A stretch of DNA of 49,998 nt, from the IMG/VR virus record IMGVR_UViG_3300015360_001243, positions 1-49,998 of that record; one strand, given 5' to 3'. The notes beneath the pieces are model-generated. The model had not been told where the DNA came from. It saw only the letters and a list, made by a program, of their open reading frames with translations, and did no database searches. Positions 32,101 through 41,226 of the stretch are shown piece after piece. Within the stretch, counting starts at the first letter, position 1, and the number at the start of each line of letters is the position of its first letter. The position numbers were made by a program, and so were the translations under genes. This DNA is from a virus. Lineage: Duplodnaviria; Heunggongvirae; Uroviricota; Caudoviricetes.

Positions 32101-33060
32101 ATGTCAAATCAAAGTTATTCACTAGAAATTATTAGTCACCACCCAACATTCAAAAGCAAAAGCCTCCGTAAGTATTACGTTGAGGGTATTGAGACTGTTG
32201 GTGCATGGGGTGACGAGCCATTCGAAATCAAATTTACCAATTATACCTGGCAGAAGGTTGAAGTTAAGTTAAGCGTTGATGGAACCGATGTTTTATCAGG
32301 AGACCCAGCTACTACTGATGCGACCGCTAAGATGTGGGTTGTTAATGGGTATGGTACACTATCTCTCAAGGCCTGGCCTGAGAACAACAATGGCGGAGCC
32401 CAGTTCGTCTTTACCAGCGGCAACAATAGTGTAGCTGCGCATACTCATGGCGACATGTCAAGCCGTGGCATCATTGCTGCTGCCGTCTATACTGAGGGTC
32501 ATGTCGAACCAGCTCGTATCAATCACAACTTCTATTATACTGGTTATCCAATTCATAGAAGAAGCATTGTAGATTATTCTGCTTACCCAAGTTGGGGAAG
32601 TAACACCATTGGCGGAGATCTTATCGGCGGAGTAACCTATGGTACTAATACAACTACTACTGTTTGCTCTGCTGGAGGGGCCGGGGCCACTATGGATAGT
32701 CTAAGTTTTAATGCTTGTGACGTCGCAGCGGCCAGCGGTGAAACTCCAGTTACTAAGAGTCTAGAGAGTTTAGTTGCTGTTGGAGCAGGACAACATGTTG
32801 ATCAGAAGATTACTTATGTTGCCGGTTTAATTAAGCCAACCTTCTCTGAAACGATTAGAGTGAAGTACATGTGGTGGGATGAGCTTGTCGCCAAGTTGCG
32901 CGAGCACAATGTCCCAGCTCCTCAGCCATCTGGCTTCCCAGCAGATCAGAAAAGAGCAAACATTAATCTTGGAGGTACCCCAAGAATTGGAACTTATGCA
33001 GGCAATGCATTTCCAAGAACCAAACAATCAGAACCATACCAGTCCTATATGAGGGTCTAA
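32101..33060 (+). CDS. Hypothetical protein (N.T..KVEVKLSVDG.DV..G domain)
   Basis: 319-aa ORF with a beta-rich N-half and a low-complexity Gly/Thr linker. Confidence 0.7.
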   Translation: MSNQSYSLEIISHHPTFKSKSLRKYYVEGIETVGAWGDEPFEIKFTNYTWQKVEVKLSVDGTDVLSGDPATTDATAKMWVVNGYGTLSLKAWPENNNGGAQFVFTSGNNSVAAHTHGDMSSRGIIAAAVYTEGHVEPARINHNFYYTGYPIHRRSIVDYSAYPSWGSNTIGGDLIGGVTYGTNTTTTVCSAGGAGATMDSLSFNACDVAAASGETPVTKSLESLVAVGAGQHVDQKITYVAGLIKPTFSETIRVKYMWWDELVAKLREHNVPAPQPSGFPADQKRANINLGGTPRIGTYAGNAFPRTKQSEPYQSYMRV

Positions 33061-33082
33061 AATCATAGGCTGATGGCGTTGG

Positions 33083-33119
33083 GGCAGCACATGGAAACTT
33101 GTGCTGCCTTTTACTTTTT
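33083..33119 (+). terminator. Intrinsic terminator
   Basis: GGCAGCACA...TGTGCTGCC 9-bp stem followed by TTTTACTTTTT. Confidence 0.75.
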
Positions 33120-33211
33120 AGTTGAACCATCTGCGTCACACAGTGGCTTCCAATAAATAATTCGCCTTTGGTATTTTAATTTAATCGTCTTTATTTTATG
33201 TTCGATATAGA

Positions 33212-34468
33212 ATGGTTCATAGAAATTGCTACGTCAATTTTTACCGAACTGTAGACGCTGACTCCGCTTTTGAGTCAGCTATCGAATTTATGAAGGAGTA
33301 TATGATGAATATACCATTTGAAGACGTTCTAGCTTTCGCCGCATTTTGTTGTGCTAAAAATATCACCTCGATCAAAACTGATCTTGAAGAAGAGTTATTG
33401 TATCAAAACTTTAAACTTACCCAACAGTTTAAAATCAGTGGGACTATTCCCGAGTTTAAAGACTGGGCTGACACTGCTGTTGTTGTCACTACCAAAGACG
33501 CTGTCATTGCCAAAGCAGCAAAAAAGGTTCCGAGCGGCAGCTTGATTACTGGCCGAACTCTCAAAGACGGACCATATGATCTTTATGGTCGTATTACTCA
33601 CATTTTAGCTGGCGGTCAGGACTATAAAGTAGTTCTGAAAGGCCTCGACTTGAAAGAAGTGGGTCGTGCTTATGCTCCCGCTAAGTCTTGTAAGAAGTAT
33701 CCTAAGATTGAAAGTCATCTTAGAAAATTGCAAAAAACAAGTAAAGAATCTTTCCAAAAAATGGAGTGTCATATTGATAAAGCTACGGGTAGCGTCATCC
33801 GTGGATATGAAGACACTTTCCAACCTATTGGAAAAGCCATTGTATCTTTTAAGGATAATTCTATCTATAAGATAACCAAAGTAGAACTGAATGCAATTCC
33901 AGTTGCGACTGCTGCTGCTCCTGTTCCAACCCCTGCGGTGGTCATTCCTATCACGGCAGCTAAGCCCAAGAGTGTAGCTCCTGCCGGGCTTAAAGCAGGC
34001 AGCATCTCTATTGATAAGAATGATCCTATTCTTATCGATGACCCCATGCTATCTTTATACAGGTACAACCCAAATAATTCAAGAGTCTTGAATATTAAGG
34101 AAGTGCTGGGTAGAATTGGTGAGGTCGCATTTAATCATCACTTCAAGAATTGGAAATGGAATAATACCAATACCAATAATGCGGATGCTTATGATTTTGA
34201 AAATCAAGCAGCTCAATACACTTTAGATGTGAAGACTACCAATCACATCGACAATAATCTTTTAATTGAGAAAAAAAAGGTTGAACGTAATAATATGGCT
34301 GACATTTTTGCATTATGCATTGTGTTAGATGGTGGCAATCATTTTGACGTTAGATTCGTGGGATTCATCAATAAGAAATCAGCTCTAGCTTATATTGGAG
34401 CCTTTCCTGCTTGTTTGATGGGCGAGACTTATAAAATTCATCGTCAGTATTTAGTTTCAGAGATTTAA
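33212..34468 (+). CDS. Protein with a C-terminal PD-(D/E)xK nuclease-like domain
   Basis: LGRIGEVAF...YDF...LDVKTT after a Pro/Ala-rich linker. Confidence 0.6.
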   Translation: MVHRNCYVNFYRTVDADSAFESAIEFMKEYMMNIPFEDVLAFAAFCCAKNITSIKTDLEEELLYQNFKLTQQFKISGTIPEFKDWADTAVVVTTKDAVIAKAAKKVPSGSLITGRTLKDGPYDLYGRITHILAGGQDYKVVLKGLDLKEVGRAYAPAKSCKKYPKIESHLRKLQKTSKESFQKMECHIDKATGSVIRGYEDTFQPIGKAIVSFKDNSIYKITKVELNAIPVATAAAPVPTPAVVIPITAAKPKSVAPAGLKAGSISIDKNDPILIDDPMLSLYRYNPNNSRVLNIKEVLGRIGEVAFNHHFKNWKWNNTNTNNADAYDFENQAAQYTLDVKTTNHIDNNLLIEKKKVERNNMADIFALCIVLDGGNHFDVRFVGFINKKSALAYIGAFPACLMGETYKIHRQYLVSEI

Positions 34469-34530
34469 TCTCTATAAATGGTCAAGTGTTTGATTGTACT
34501 CGACCATTCTATTTAAAAAATAAATTTGGC

Positions 34531-34559
34531 TTGACAAAAGCGGGCAGCAGACCTAAATT
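34531..34559 (+). promoter_or_regulatory. Sigma70-like promoter
   Basis: TTGACA-N17-TAAATT, then GGAG SD and ATG 34576. Confidence 0.65.
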
Positions 34560-34575
34560 GAGCAACGGAGATAAA

Positions 34576-34737
34576 ATGTCTTACGAAACTTCGATTGCTA
34601 TCCTCAATTTTATTCTTTTAATTTGCGGCGGAGCCATTATGATTGTGGCGGTTGCAGACCTAATGAACAAAGATTATTGGGGTGCTTTCAAAAATTTTTG
34701 TTGGGCGACGGTAGTGATTATAAGCAGCTTCGCCTGA
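34576..34737 (+). CDS. Small two-TM membrane protein
   Basis: Hydrophobic 53-aa ORF from ATG 34576. Confidence 0.55.
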   Translation: MSYETSIAILNFILLICGGAIMIVAVADLMNKDYWGAFKNFCWATVVIISSFA

Positions 34738-34815
34738 AAATTAGTAGGCATATCGATATATCTTAGTATAGGACCCAGTGAGGGGCCTAAACATTATCAC
34801 ACGGAGAGTGTAATT

Positions 34816-35814
34816 ATGAAGTCATTTGAATATTGCGTTTGCATTGGTCGTTTCCAGCCGTTTCATCATGCTCATCATGAGCTGATTAAAGAGGCCCTTA
34901 GTCACGCCGAAACTGTTTTGGTTGTCATTGGTAGTGCCCAGAGAGCACCCAATATTCTCAACCCCTTTACCGCTGAGCAGCGAGAAGCTATGATCTTGAG
35001 CGCTCTCTCCGATGATGAGAAGACGCACATCAAGTTCCTTCATGTTCGCGACTACTACTACACCAACAACCGTTGGTTGACCGAAGTTCAACAGCTTGTT
35101 TATGATGCTACAGATGGCATTGATGATAACAAGATTTGTGATATCGGAGAGTATAGCTGGTTCCCTCAGTGGAAATTCTTCAAGATGCGTAATCTTGATC
35201 GTATGCCACATGCAACCATTGTTCGTGGACTGTACTTTACCCATGACAATGCTTACAAGAGTCATGTGAGTCCTGGTGTTGTCGACTACCTTGAGAGCTT
35301 CAAGCAGACCCAGTTTTTCAAGAATTTGAAGGAAGAGTACGATTATGTTCGTAACTACCGAGCTTCTTGGGATGGCGCTCCCTTTCCTCCAACTTTTGTT
35401 ACTGTTGACTGCGTAGTTATCAAGAGTGGTCACGTCTTGGCAGTTCGCCGTAAAGGAAGTCCTGGCCGAGGATTGATTGCTCTTCCGGGCGGTTTTCTCA
35501 ACCAAAAGGAAACCATCTTGGATGGTGCTCTTCGAGAACTAAAGGAAGAGACTGGTATCAAGGTTTCCAAAGAAGAATTGGAAAAGGCAGTTACCGAAAC
35601 CAAAGTCTTCGATTATCCTGAGCGTTCTATTCGTGGACGTACCATTACTCATGCTTTCTTGATTGACCTTGGAGATGGCCAGCTTCCTCCAGTCAAGGGT
35701 TCGGATGATGCGGATAAGGCTTGGTGGATGTCACTGAGCGACTTTGCTACGAGAGAGCCTGAGTTCTTTGAAGATCACTTCTACATCATCTCTCACTTTA
35801 TCAATAAGTTCTAA
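34816..35814 (+). CDS. nadM: Bifunctional NMN adenylyltransferase / ADP-ribose pyrophosphatase (NadM-Nudix)
   Basis: GRFQPFHHAH, NPF, and Nudix box GGFLNQKET...RELKEETG, SDDA. Confidence 0.93.
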   Translation: MKSFEYCVCIGRFQPFHHAHHELIKEALSHAETVLVVIGSAQRAPNILNPFTAEQREAMILSALSDDEKTHIKFLHVRDYYYTNNRWLTEVQQLVYDATDGIDDNKICDIGEYSWFPQWKFFKMRNLDRMPHATIVRGLYFTHDNAYKSHVSPGVVDYLESFKQTQFFKNLKEEYDYVRNYRASWDGAPFPPTFVTVDCVVIKSGHVLAVRRKGSPGRGLIALPGGFLNQKETILDGALRELKEETGIKVSKEELEKAVTETKVFDYPERSIRGRTITHAFLIDLGDGQLPPVKGSDDADKAWWMSLSDFATREPEFFEDHFYIISHFINKF

Positions 35815-35861
35815 ATACTATTCTCAGAGAGAGAATACATACACATACAGAGAGTATAATT

Positions 35862-37271
35862 ATGAAAACGAATAGATTAAGTTACTTGTTTGACGCCGAC
35901 AGCTATAAGGTTTCCCATTACTTGCAGTATCCTCCGGGAACTACAAGCATGTTCTCGTACATTGAGAGCCGAGGTGGTGAATACAATGAGACCGTCTTCT
36001 TTGGGCTACAGTATTATCTTAAGGAGTATCTTACTCACCGCGTGACAGTGGAAGAGGTTGAGAAAGCCAAGGAGTTTTATGCGGTTCATGGAGAGCCTTT
36101 TAACTACGAAGGCTGGCTGTACATTGCTAAAGACCTTAAAGGTAAGCTGCCGGTTCGTATCCGAGCCGTGCCTGAAGGCAGCGTGGTCTCTACTCATAAC
36201 ATTCTCGTCAGTATTGAATCGACTGATCCTAAAGTCTTTTGGATTGTGTCCTGGATTGAAACTATGCTACTTAGGGTCTGGTATCCTATCACAGTAGCTA
36301 CCAGGAGCCGCTACATCAGACAAATCATTCTAGAAGCCCTGGAAACCTCGGCGGATGATCCTCAAGGTGAAATCGCATTCAAGCTGCATGACTTTGGTAG
36401 CCGTGGCGTTAGTAGCCAAGAATCTGCCATGATTGGTGGTGCATCTCACCTTGTCAATTTCATGGGCAGTGATACTGTTGCAGGTGTCCTGATGGCTAAT
36501 GAAGTTTACAACACGCCGATGGCAGGGTTCAGTATCCCTGCGGCCGAGCACAGCTCCATTACCTCTTGGGGTAAAGAGAATGAAGTTGATGCTTATCGTA
36601 ATATGCTCAAGCAGTTTGCTAAGCCCGGCGCCTTGGTGGCCTGCGTGTCTGACTCCTATGATCTTTGGAATGCATGTACTCACCTTTGGGGAGAGGTACT
36701 TCGTCAGGAAGTCATCGACTCTGGTGCAGTTGTCATCATCCGTCCTGACTCTGGGCATCCTCCGGCTGTTGTTCGTAAGTGTGCTCATCTTCTTGCTGAG
36801 AAGTTTGGTTACACCCTTAATAGCAAGGGCTACAAGGTTCTCAACAATGTCCGCATTATTCAGGGTGACGGCATCAATGAACACTCTATCCGAGCTATCT
36901 TGAATGACTTGCTGGATGCAGGATTCAGCGCAACCAACATTGCATTCGGAATGGGCGGAGCTTTGCTTCAGATGCTTAACCGTGATACGCAGAAGTTTGC
37001 CATGAAATGTAGCCATATTTTCATTGGAGATAAGTCGGTGGATGTCTTCAAGAATCCTGTGACTGACCCTGGCAAAATGAGCAAGCCGGGCCGATTGGAC
37101 CTAGCTTTTGTGGATTCTGGTCCTAATATTGGAGAATACGAGACGGTCCCTTTGTTCGATGATGAAATTGCTCACAAGCGTAGCGTAATGCATACTGTCT
37201 ACGAAAATGGCGAAATCATTAACGAAACGACCTTTGAAGAAGTTCGTGCTCGTGCTAAAGCTGCCAAGTGA
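35862..37271 (+). CDS. nadV: Nicotinamide phosphoribosyltransferase
   Basis: DSYKVSH, HDFGSRG, AAEHS, VSDSYD, RPDSG, QGDG, FGMGG, RDTQKFAMK. Confidence 0.93.
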   Translation: MKTNRLSYLFDADSYKVSHYLQYPPGTTSMFSYIESRGGEYNETVFFGLQYYLKEYLTHRVTVEEVEKAKEFYAVHGEPFNYEGWLYIAKDLKGKLPVRIRAVPEGSVVSTHNILVSIESTDPKVFWIVSWIETMLLRVWYPITVATRSRYIRQIILEALETSADDPQGEIAFKLHDFGSRGVSSQESAMIGGASHLVNFMGSDTVAGVLMANEVYNTPMAGFSIPAAEHSSITSWGKENEVDAYRNMLKQFAKPGALVACVSDSYDLWNACTHLWGEVLRQEVIDSGAVVIIRPDSGHPPAVVRKCAHLLAEKFGYTLNSKGYKVLNNVRIIQGDGINEHSIRAILNDLLDAGFSATNIAFGMGGALLQMLNRDTQKFAMKCSHIFIGDKSVDVFKNPVTDPGKMSKPGRLDLAFVDSGPNIGEYETVPLFDDEIAHKRSVMHTVYENGEIINETTFEEVRARAKAAK

Positions 37272-37320
37272 TTAAGTAGGTGGAATCACCTAATAATTTG
37301 TTATTTCATTAGGTGATAAG

Positions 37321-37731
37321 ATGAAAATCAACGAAAAACTATATAGAAAGTATGGAACTAATGCAGTAATTCTACCTCCTCCTCCAGAGGAAGAAGAAAT
37401 TACCGAGGATGCAAATGTAGAAAATGAGGGCGCTTGGCGTTCTCACGTTTCTCCTTTTCTATCTCAATTCACCCTAGAAGAGGGTGATGACGCTCTTGAT
37501 CCAGAAGCTTTTGAAAAGTTTGAGCCCAATTCTCTTAAAGAAACTCTTCCAAGATATTGGCAGAACGAGGCCGTTCTTAATGATCTTGAGAAGGTTAAAA
37601 TGGATCTAGGTGGAGAAACGAAGGCACCTGCCACTGATTCCACTATTCCGCCACAGAGAAGGGCTCATCAAACCTCTGCCCAGATTTTAAAGTTATGCAA
37701 CAAATATTACGATCTTTGTCGCAAATTCTAA
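37321..37731 (+). CDS. Hypothetical acidic protein
   Basis: AGGTG SD; 136 aa. Confidence 0.6.
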   Translation: MKINEKLYRKYGTNAVILPPPPEEEEITEDANVENEGAWRSHVSPFLSQFTLEEGDDALDPEAFEKFEPNSLKETLPRYWQNEAVLNDLEKVKMDLGGETKAPATDSTIPPQRRAHQTSAQILKLCNKYYDLCRKF

Positions 37732-37773
37732 AACATAAATAATGGGAGCATGGTATATAGGCCGTGAGGAACC

Positions 37774-38022
37774 ATGAAAATTATCAAGCCATCTATTGAT
37801 TTGGACACATGGGTTTTTGAAACTAAATGTCCTACTTGTAAATCTGATATTGGTATTGAGGCCATAGATCTCCGTTACAAATGGAATACTAGTGGTTGTT
37901 ACTACTATGTATGCGAGCTGTGTAATACTAGGCATCTCATGAAGGATGTAGACGTCCCGCCTATCGTTGAGGCTGATGTAAAGAAACATCGCTCCGATCC
38001 AATTGTCTATTCGGAAGATTAA
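37774..38022 (+). CDS. Small Zn-ribbon protein
   Basis: CPTC...CELC. Confidence 0.65.
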   Translation: MKIIKPSIDLDTWVFETKCPTCKSDIGIEAIDLRYKWNTSGCYYYVCELCNTRHLMKDVDVPPIVEADVKKHRSDPIVYSED

Positions 38023-38585
38023 TGATTCATATCCTTGGTCCTGGTTACAAGATACCAGAGGGCGTTACCGTTATCAATACAACCTCTCGTTCCGACAATT
38101 GGGGCCGAGGTCTCAGTCCATTCTTTGCAGGGCCAGTTGAATTGTATGACGGCTATAAGTCTTACAATGTAGAGAATGCTTGGCAATTTAGTAAAGTCTA
38201 TGAGTATTATCTTGAGGAAGATGGCTCAATAGGTGAGAGATATTTCAATTGGGCAACAGACGGATGGCGCTCCATTAGGGCTCACCGTTACCCAATGGGC
38301 AAAGAAGCTAAGCCGCTTTACTCTTATTGGGATGGACAAATCCATACTTATGTTGAAGCTCGTTCAAAGATTTATATTCCTTTGTATGCTAGTGCAGTTC
38401 AAAAAACTTCTGCATTTAGGCAATTGAAAAATTTATACGAATCAAATATTGATCTTTACTTGTGGGATTTCGATGGTTATAATCACAGGGCACTAGGACT
38501 AACTTATGATCAGGTAATTAATGATCCGGTTAGGAAAATGGGCCACGCTTTTGTGCTGGCTATGATTTTAGAAAACTACTTGTAA
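38022..38585 (+). CDS. NADAR/YbiA-like (DUF6939-type) protein
   Basis: LSPF, NVENAWQFSKVY, ARSKIYIPLY, GHAFVL; family recalled from motif. Confidence 0.5.
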   Translation: MIHILGPGYKIPEGVTVINTTSRSDNWGRGLSPFFAGPVELYDGYKSYNVENAWQFSKVYEYYLEEDGSIGERYFNWATDGWRSIRAHRYPMGKEAKPLYSYWDGQIHTYVEARSKIYIPLYASAVQKTSAFRQLKNLYESNIDLYLWDFDGYNHRALGLTYDQVINDPVRKMGHAFVLAMILENYL

Positions 38586-38596
38586 GCGAGACGATT

Positions 38597-39664
38597 ATGG
38601 AAGATTTGAATAGTTTCTATCTAAAAAGATTGAAAGGCTTATTGACTTTTCAACAGTGCGATCCTTATACTCTAACCATTAAATTTGGTATGTCTGGAAA
38701 TGTTTCCAAAAGAGGAGTTAAGGCTGAATATCACTTGTATGCCAATTCTTCTACAAGAAGAAACCCTAGCGTAAAACATGAAGTAAGCGTTGAAATTGAT
38801 CTGCTAACTATTACGGGCAAACATTCTGAGTGCGTTGCCCCGAACTCTTTTATTGTTAGTTTTGAAGACTTCGTTCATACAAAATTCTATGATAGGTGCC
38901 CTCGCCTTTTTGAAGGTTCAGGAATGAAGGGTTCGAAACATGAGTATCTTGATGCCACACCTGAAACTGATGCTAGGACAGAATATCTTGTTAAAGTTAT
39001 CAAAAAGTATTCGCCTAGATTAATCGAATTAAAACCACAATATCTAGAGCTGACAGACGGCCAGACGATCTTGATTAAGAAGATTAGTGAAGAGTATCAA
39101 GTAATTTTCGACAGTATGAAAAGAGCATTGCTTAGTTATGGCATGAAATCAGCCAAAAGAATTATGAAGACTACGGTTGCCAGGGCCTCAGTAGATGTGC
39201 AAGAAGCACAAGAGATAGAAGATGTTCTTGTACCTAAAAACATATTTCTTACTCTAGATTCTGGTTGCTGGAGGCTTTGTATTTTCACAGGTTCTTCAAT
39301 TGTTGGATTGCAACATAACAAAGTGCACGTTAATAAAGATGGTTCTTGGAAAGACCCAAACAAAGATTTTAACGTTTTGCTTGCTAATCCGGCAGTGCCT
39401 CATGCCAGATTTCAATTCCATTCTAATACATTTTTGAAAGCTCGATTCGAGCCATATAATGCCGATGCTGTAAGAATCATTGAAGGACTCCAAAAAGCTG
39501 GAAAAGTTCAAACATTTGATGCAAGTGAGCTGCCACCTAAAGCGAAGAAGATGAGGCAAGGCGCTTCAACCAAACAGTTGGTGTCAACCGCAGCGCCTGG
39601 GAAACTTAAGCTAGTAGCGAATGGCGTTAATCATACTTCATCTGTAACATTTACAAATCGATAA
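38597..39664 (+). CDS. Hypothetical protein
   Basis: 355-aa ORF with no recognised motif. Confidence 0.7.
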   Translation: MEDLNSFYLKRLKGLLTFQQCDPYTLTIKFGMSGNVSKRGVKAEYHLYANSSTRRNPSVKHEVSVEIDLLTITGKHSECVAPNSFIVSFEDFVHTKFYDRCPRLFEGSGMKGSKHEYLDATPETDARTEYLVKVIKKYSPRLIELKPQYLELTDGQTILIKKISEEYQVIFDSMKRALLSYGMKSAKRIMKTTVARASVDVQEAQEIEDVLVPKNIFLTLDSGCWRLCIFTGSSIVGLQHNKVHVNKDGSWKDPNKDFNVLLANPAVPHARFQFHSNTFLKARFEPYNADAVRIIEGLQKAGKVQTFDASELPPKAKKMRQGASTKQLVSTAAPGKLKLVANGVNHTSSVTFTNR

Positions 39665-39678
39665 AATTTCCGAAGAGG

Positions 39679-40314
39679 ATGTTGATGATTAAAGGAACCA
39701 GACTTCTCATTGGTGATGAAGCCAATTTATATTTTGATATTTGCCAAGATCTTAGATTTAAGCTAAGAGAGCTAGATTTTCAAGAAGTATATTTGCCTTC
39801 TATGTGGGATCAGCAAACCTTTATTGATAAGGCTGGCCCCGAAATCATCAATCAAATGTATACTTTTAAAGACAAAGGAGATAGAGATATCTGTCTTATT
39901 CCAGAGTGTACGGCCCTCATCCAGAAAATGTGGAATGAAGAATGGGTTAATCGAATTAAACAACCTTTGAAAATTTTTTACATTCAAAGGTGCTATCGTT
40001 ATGAAAGCCCGCAAGCCGGGAGGTATAGAGAGTTCACTCAAGCTGGCATAGAAATTCTTGGAAATAAAGCTTCCAAGGAAGAGGCTGTATCTTCTTTGAA
40101 AGAATGTCTAGACATATTTAACATTGACTATTCTTTTTCTGATACGGTTAAACGTGGCCTATCTTATTATGTAGAAGATGGATTTGAAGCTGAAGTTTCT
40201 TATTTGGGTGCGCAAAAACAAGTAGCTGGTGGTGGCCGATATAAAGAAGGCATTGGCTGGGCTATTGGTGTAGACAGATTAATGTTGGCATTGCAAAGGA
40301 AAAATAATGAGTAA
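39679..40314 (+). CDS. Minimal histidyl-tRNA synthetase catalytic core (no insertion or anticodon-binding domain)
   Basis: PECTA, RYESPQAGRYREFTQ (motif 2), RGLSYY (His-binding loop), GGGRY...AIGVDRL (motif 3). Confidence 0.85.
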   Translation: MLMIKGTRLLIGDEANLYFDICQDLRFKLRELDFQEVYLPSMWDQQTFIDKAGPEIINQMYTFKDKGDRDICLIPECTALIQKMWNEEWVNRIKQPLKIFYIQRCYRYESPQAGRYREFTQAGIEILGNKASKEEAVSSLKECLDIFNIDYSFSDTVKRGLSYYVEDGFEAEVSYLGAQKQVAGGGRYKEGIGWAIGVDRLMLALQRKNNE

Positions 40315-41224
40315 TGTATTACTTGGTACAGCAGTTGCGGATGCCCTCGGCGTTCCTTTTGAGAAGAAGCTTGTCAATTTTGAAGGACTTGTTGAGTGGG
40401 ATGGTAAAACCTATCTCGGTAGCGAACATCATAAGCTAAAGCCAGGACAATACTCGGATGATACTCAGATGAGTCTCATGGTTGCTGAATCTTTGATTAA
40501 GAACCAAGGATTCAATCCAGATGACTTGGCCGCTCAGTATATGGACTGGCTAGTTTCAGGGCGCGCTAGAGGTTATGGCAAGACTACTTTGATGGCTGTT
40601 CAGAATCTTCAGGCCGGAAAACACTGGAGTGAATCAGGTATCGCTGGTTCAATGGGAAATGGAACTGCCATGAGGGCAGCGCCATTTGGCGTCTATTTCC
40701 GTAATGACCTCTATTCTTTGGTCAATATTTGTAAGATTGACAGCGCAATCACCCATGCCTCCGAAGATGCCGAAGCGGGGTCAATTGCTATTGCTTTGGC
40801 CGCAGCTTATGCTGTCAATGATGAAACGGATGGTCTGCTAGAGAAGATCTGGAAGGCATTGCCTGATTGTAAAGTCAGAAGCACTATCTATAGTTTGGAC
40901 TCTCTTATCTCTTCCGAGCATATTACACCGCAGCAAGCGTTGCGAGTACTGGGAACCAAGGCGGACGTCCGTGAGACGGTCCCAGCGGCCCTGTACTGCT
41001 TCTTGAAGTTTGATAATTACCATGAGGCTATCGTGGCAGCAATCAAAGCTGGAGGCGATACAGACACCACAGCGGCCATCGTGGGTGCCCTATTTGGAGC
41101 TAAGGATGGTATGAAGGCCATTGACTCAGAGATTGCTCATGGTGTTGAAGATTATGATAAGTTGATTGAGCTAGACAGCCAACTTTACAATCGCTCTAGT
41201 ACTTCATTTTTCCCGAGGAGTTAG
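40307..41224 (+). CDS. ADP-ribosylglycohydrolase, copy 2
   Basis: AVADALG, YSDDTQM, GNGTAMRAAP, GGDTDTTAAIVGA. Confidence 0.92.
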   Translation: MSNVLLGTAVADALGVPFEKKLVNFEGLVEWDGKTYLGSEHHKLKPGQYSDDTQMSLMVAESLIKNQGFNPDDLAAQYMDWLVSGRARGYGKTTLMAVQNLQAGKHWSESGIAGSMGNGTAMRAAPFGVYFRNDLYSLVNICKIDSAITHASEDAEAGSIAIALAAAYAVNDETDGLLEKIWKALPDCKVRSTIYSLDSLISSEHITPQQALRVLGTKADVRETVPAALYCFLKFDNYHEAIVAAIKAGGDTDTTAAIVGALFGAKDGMKAIDSEIAHGVEDYDKLIELDSQLYNRSSTSFFPRS

Positions 41225-41226
41225 TC

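Noticed and set aside
35862-37271. NARP1 (Namat + Adps) assignment
   Set aside because: The neighbour is NMNAT-Nudix, not a PRPP-synthetase-like Adps, so conventional NAMPT/NARP2 fits better.
39679-40314. HisZ (ATP-phosphoribosyltransferase regulatory subunit)
   Set aside because: It keeps the motif 2 Arg residues and the RGLxYY His-binding loop, and no hisG is nearby.
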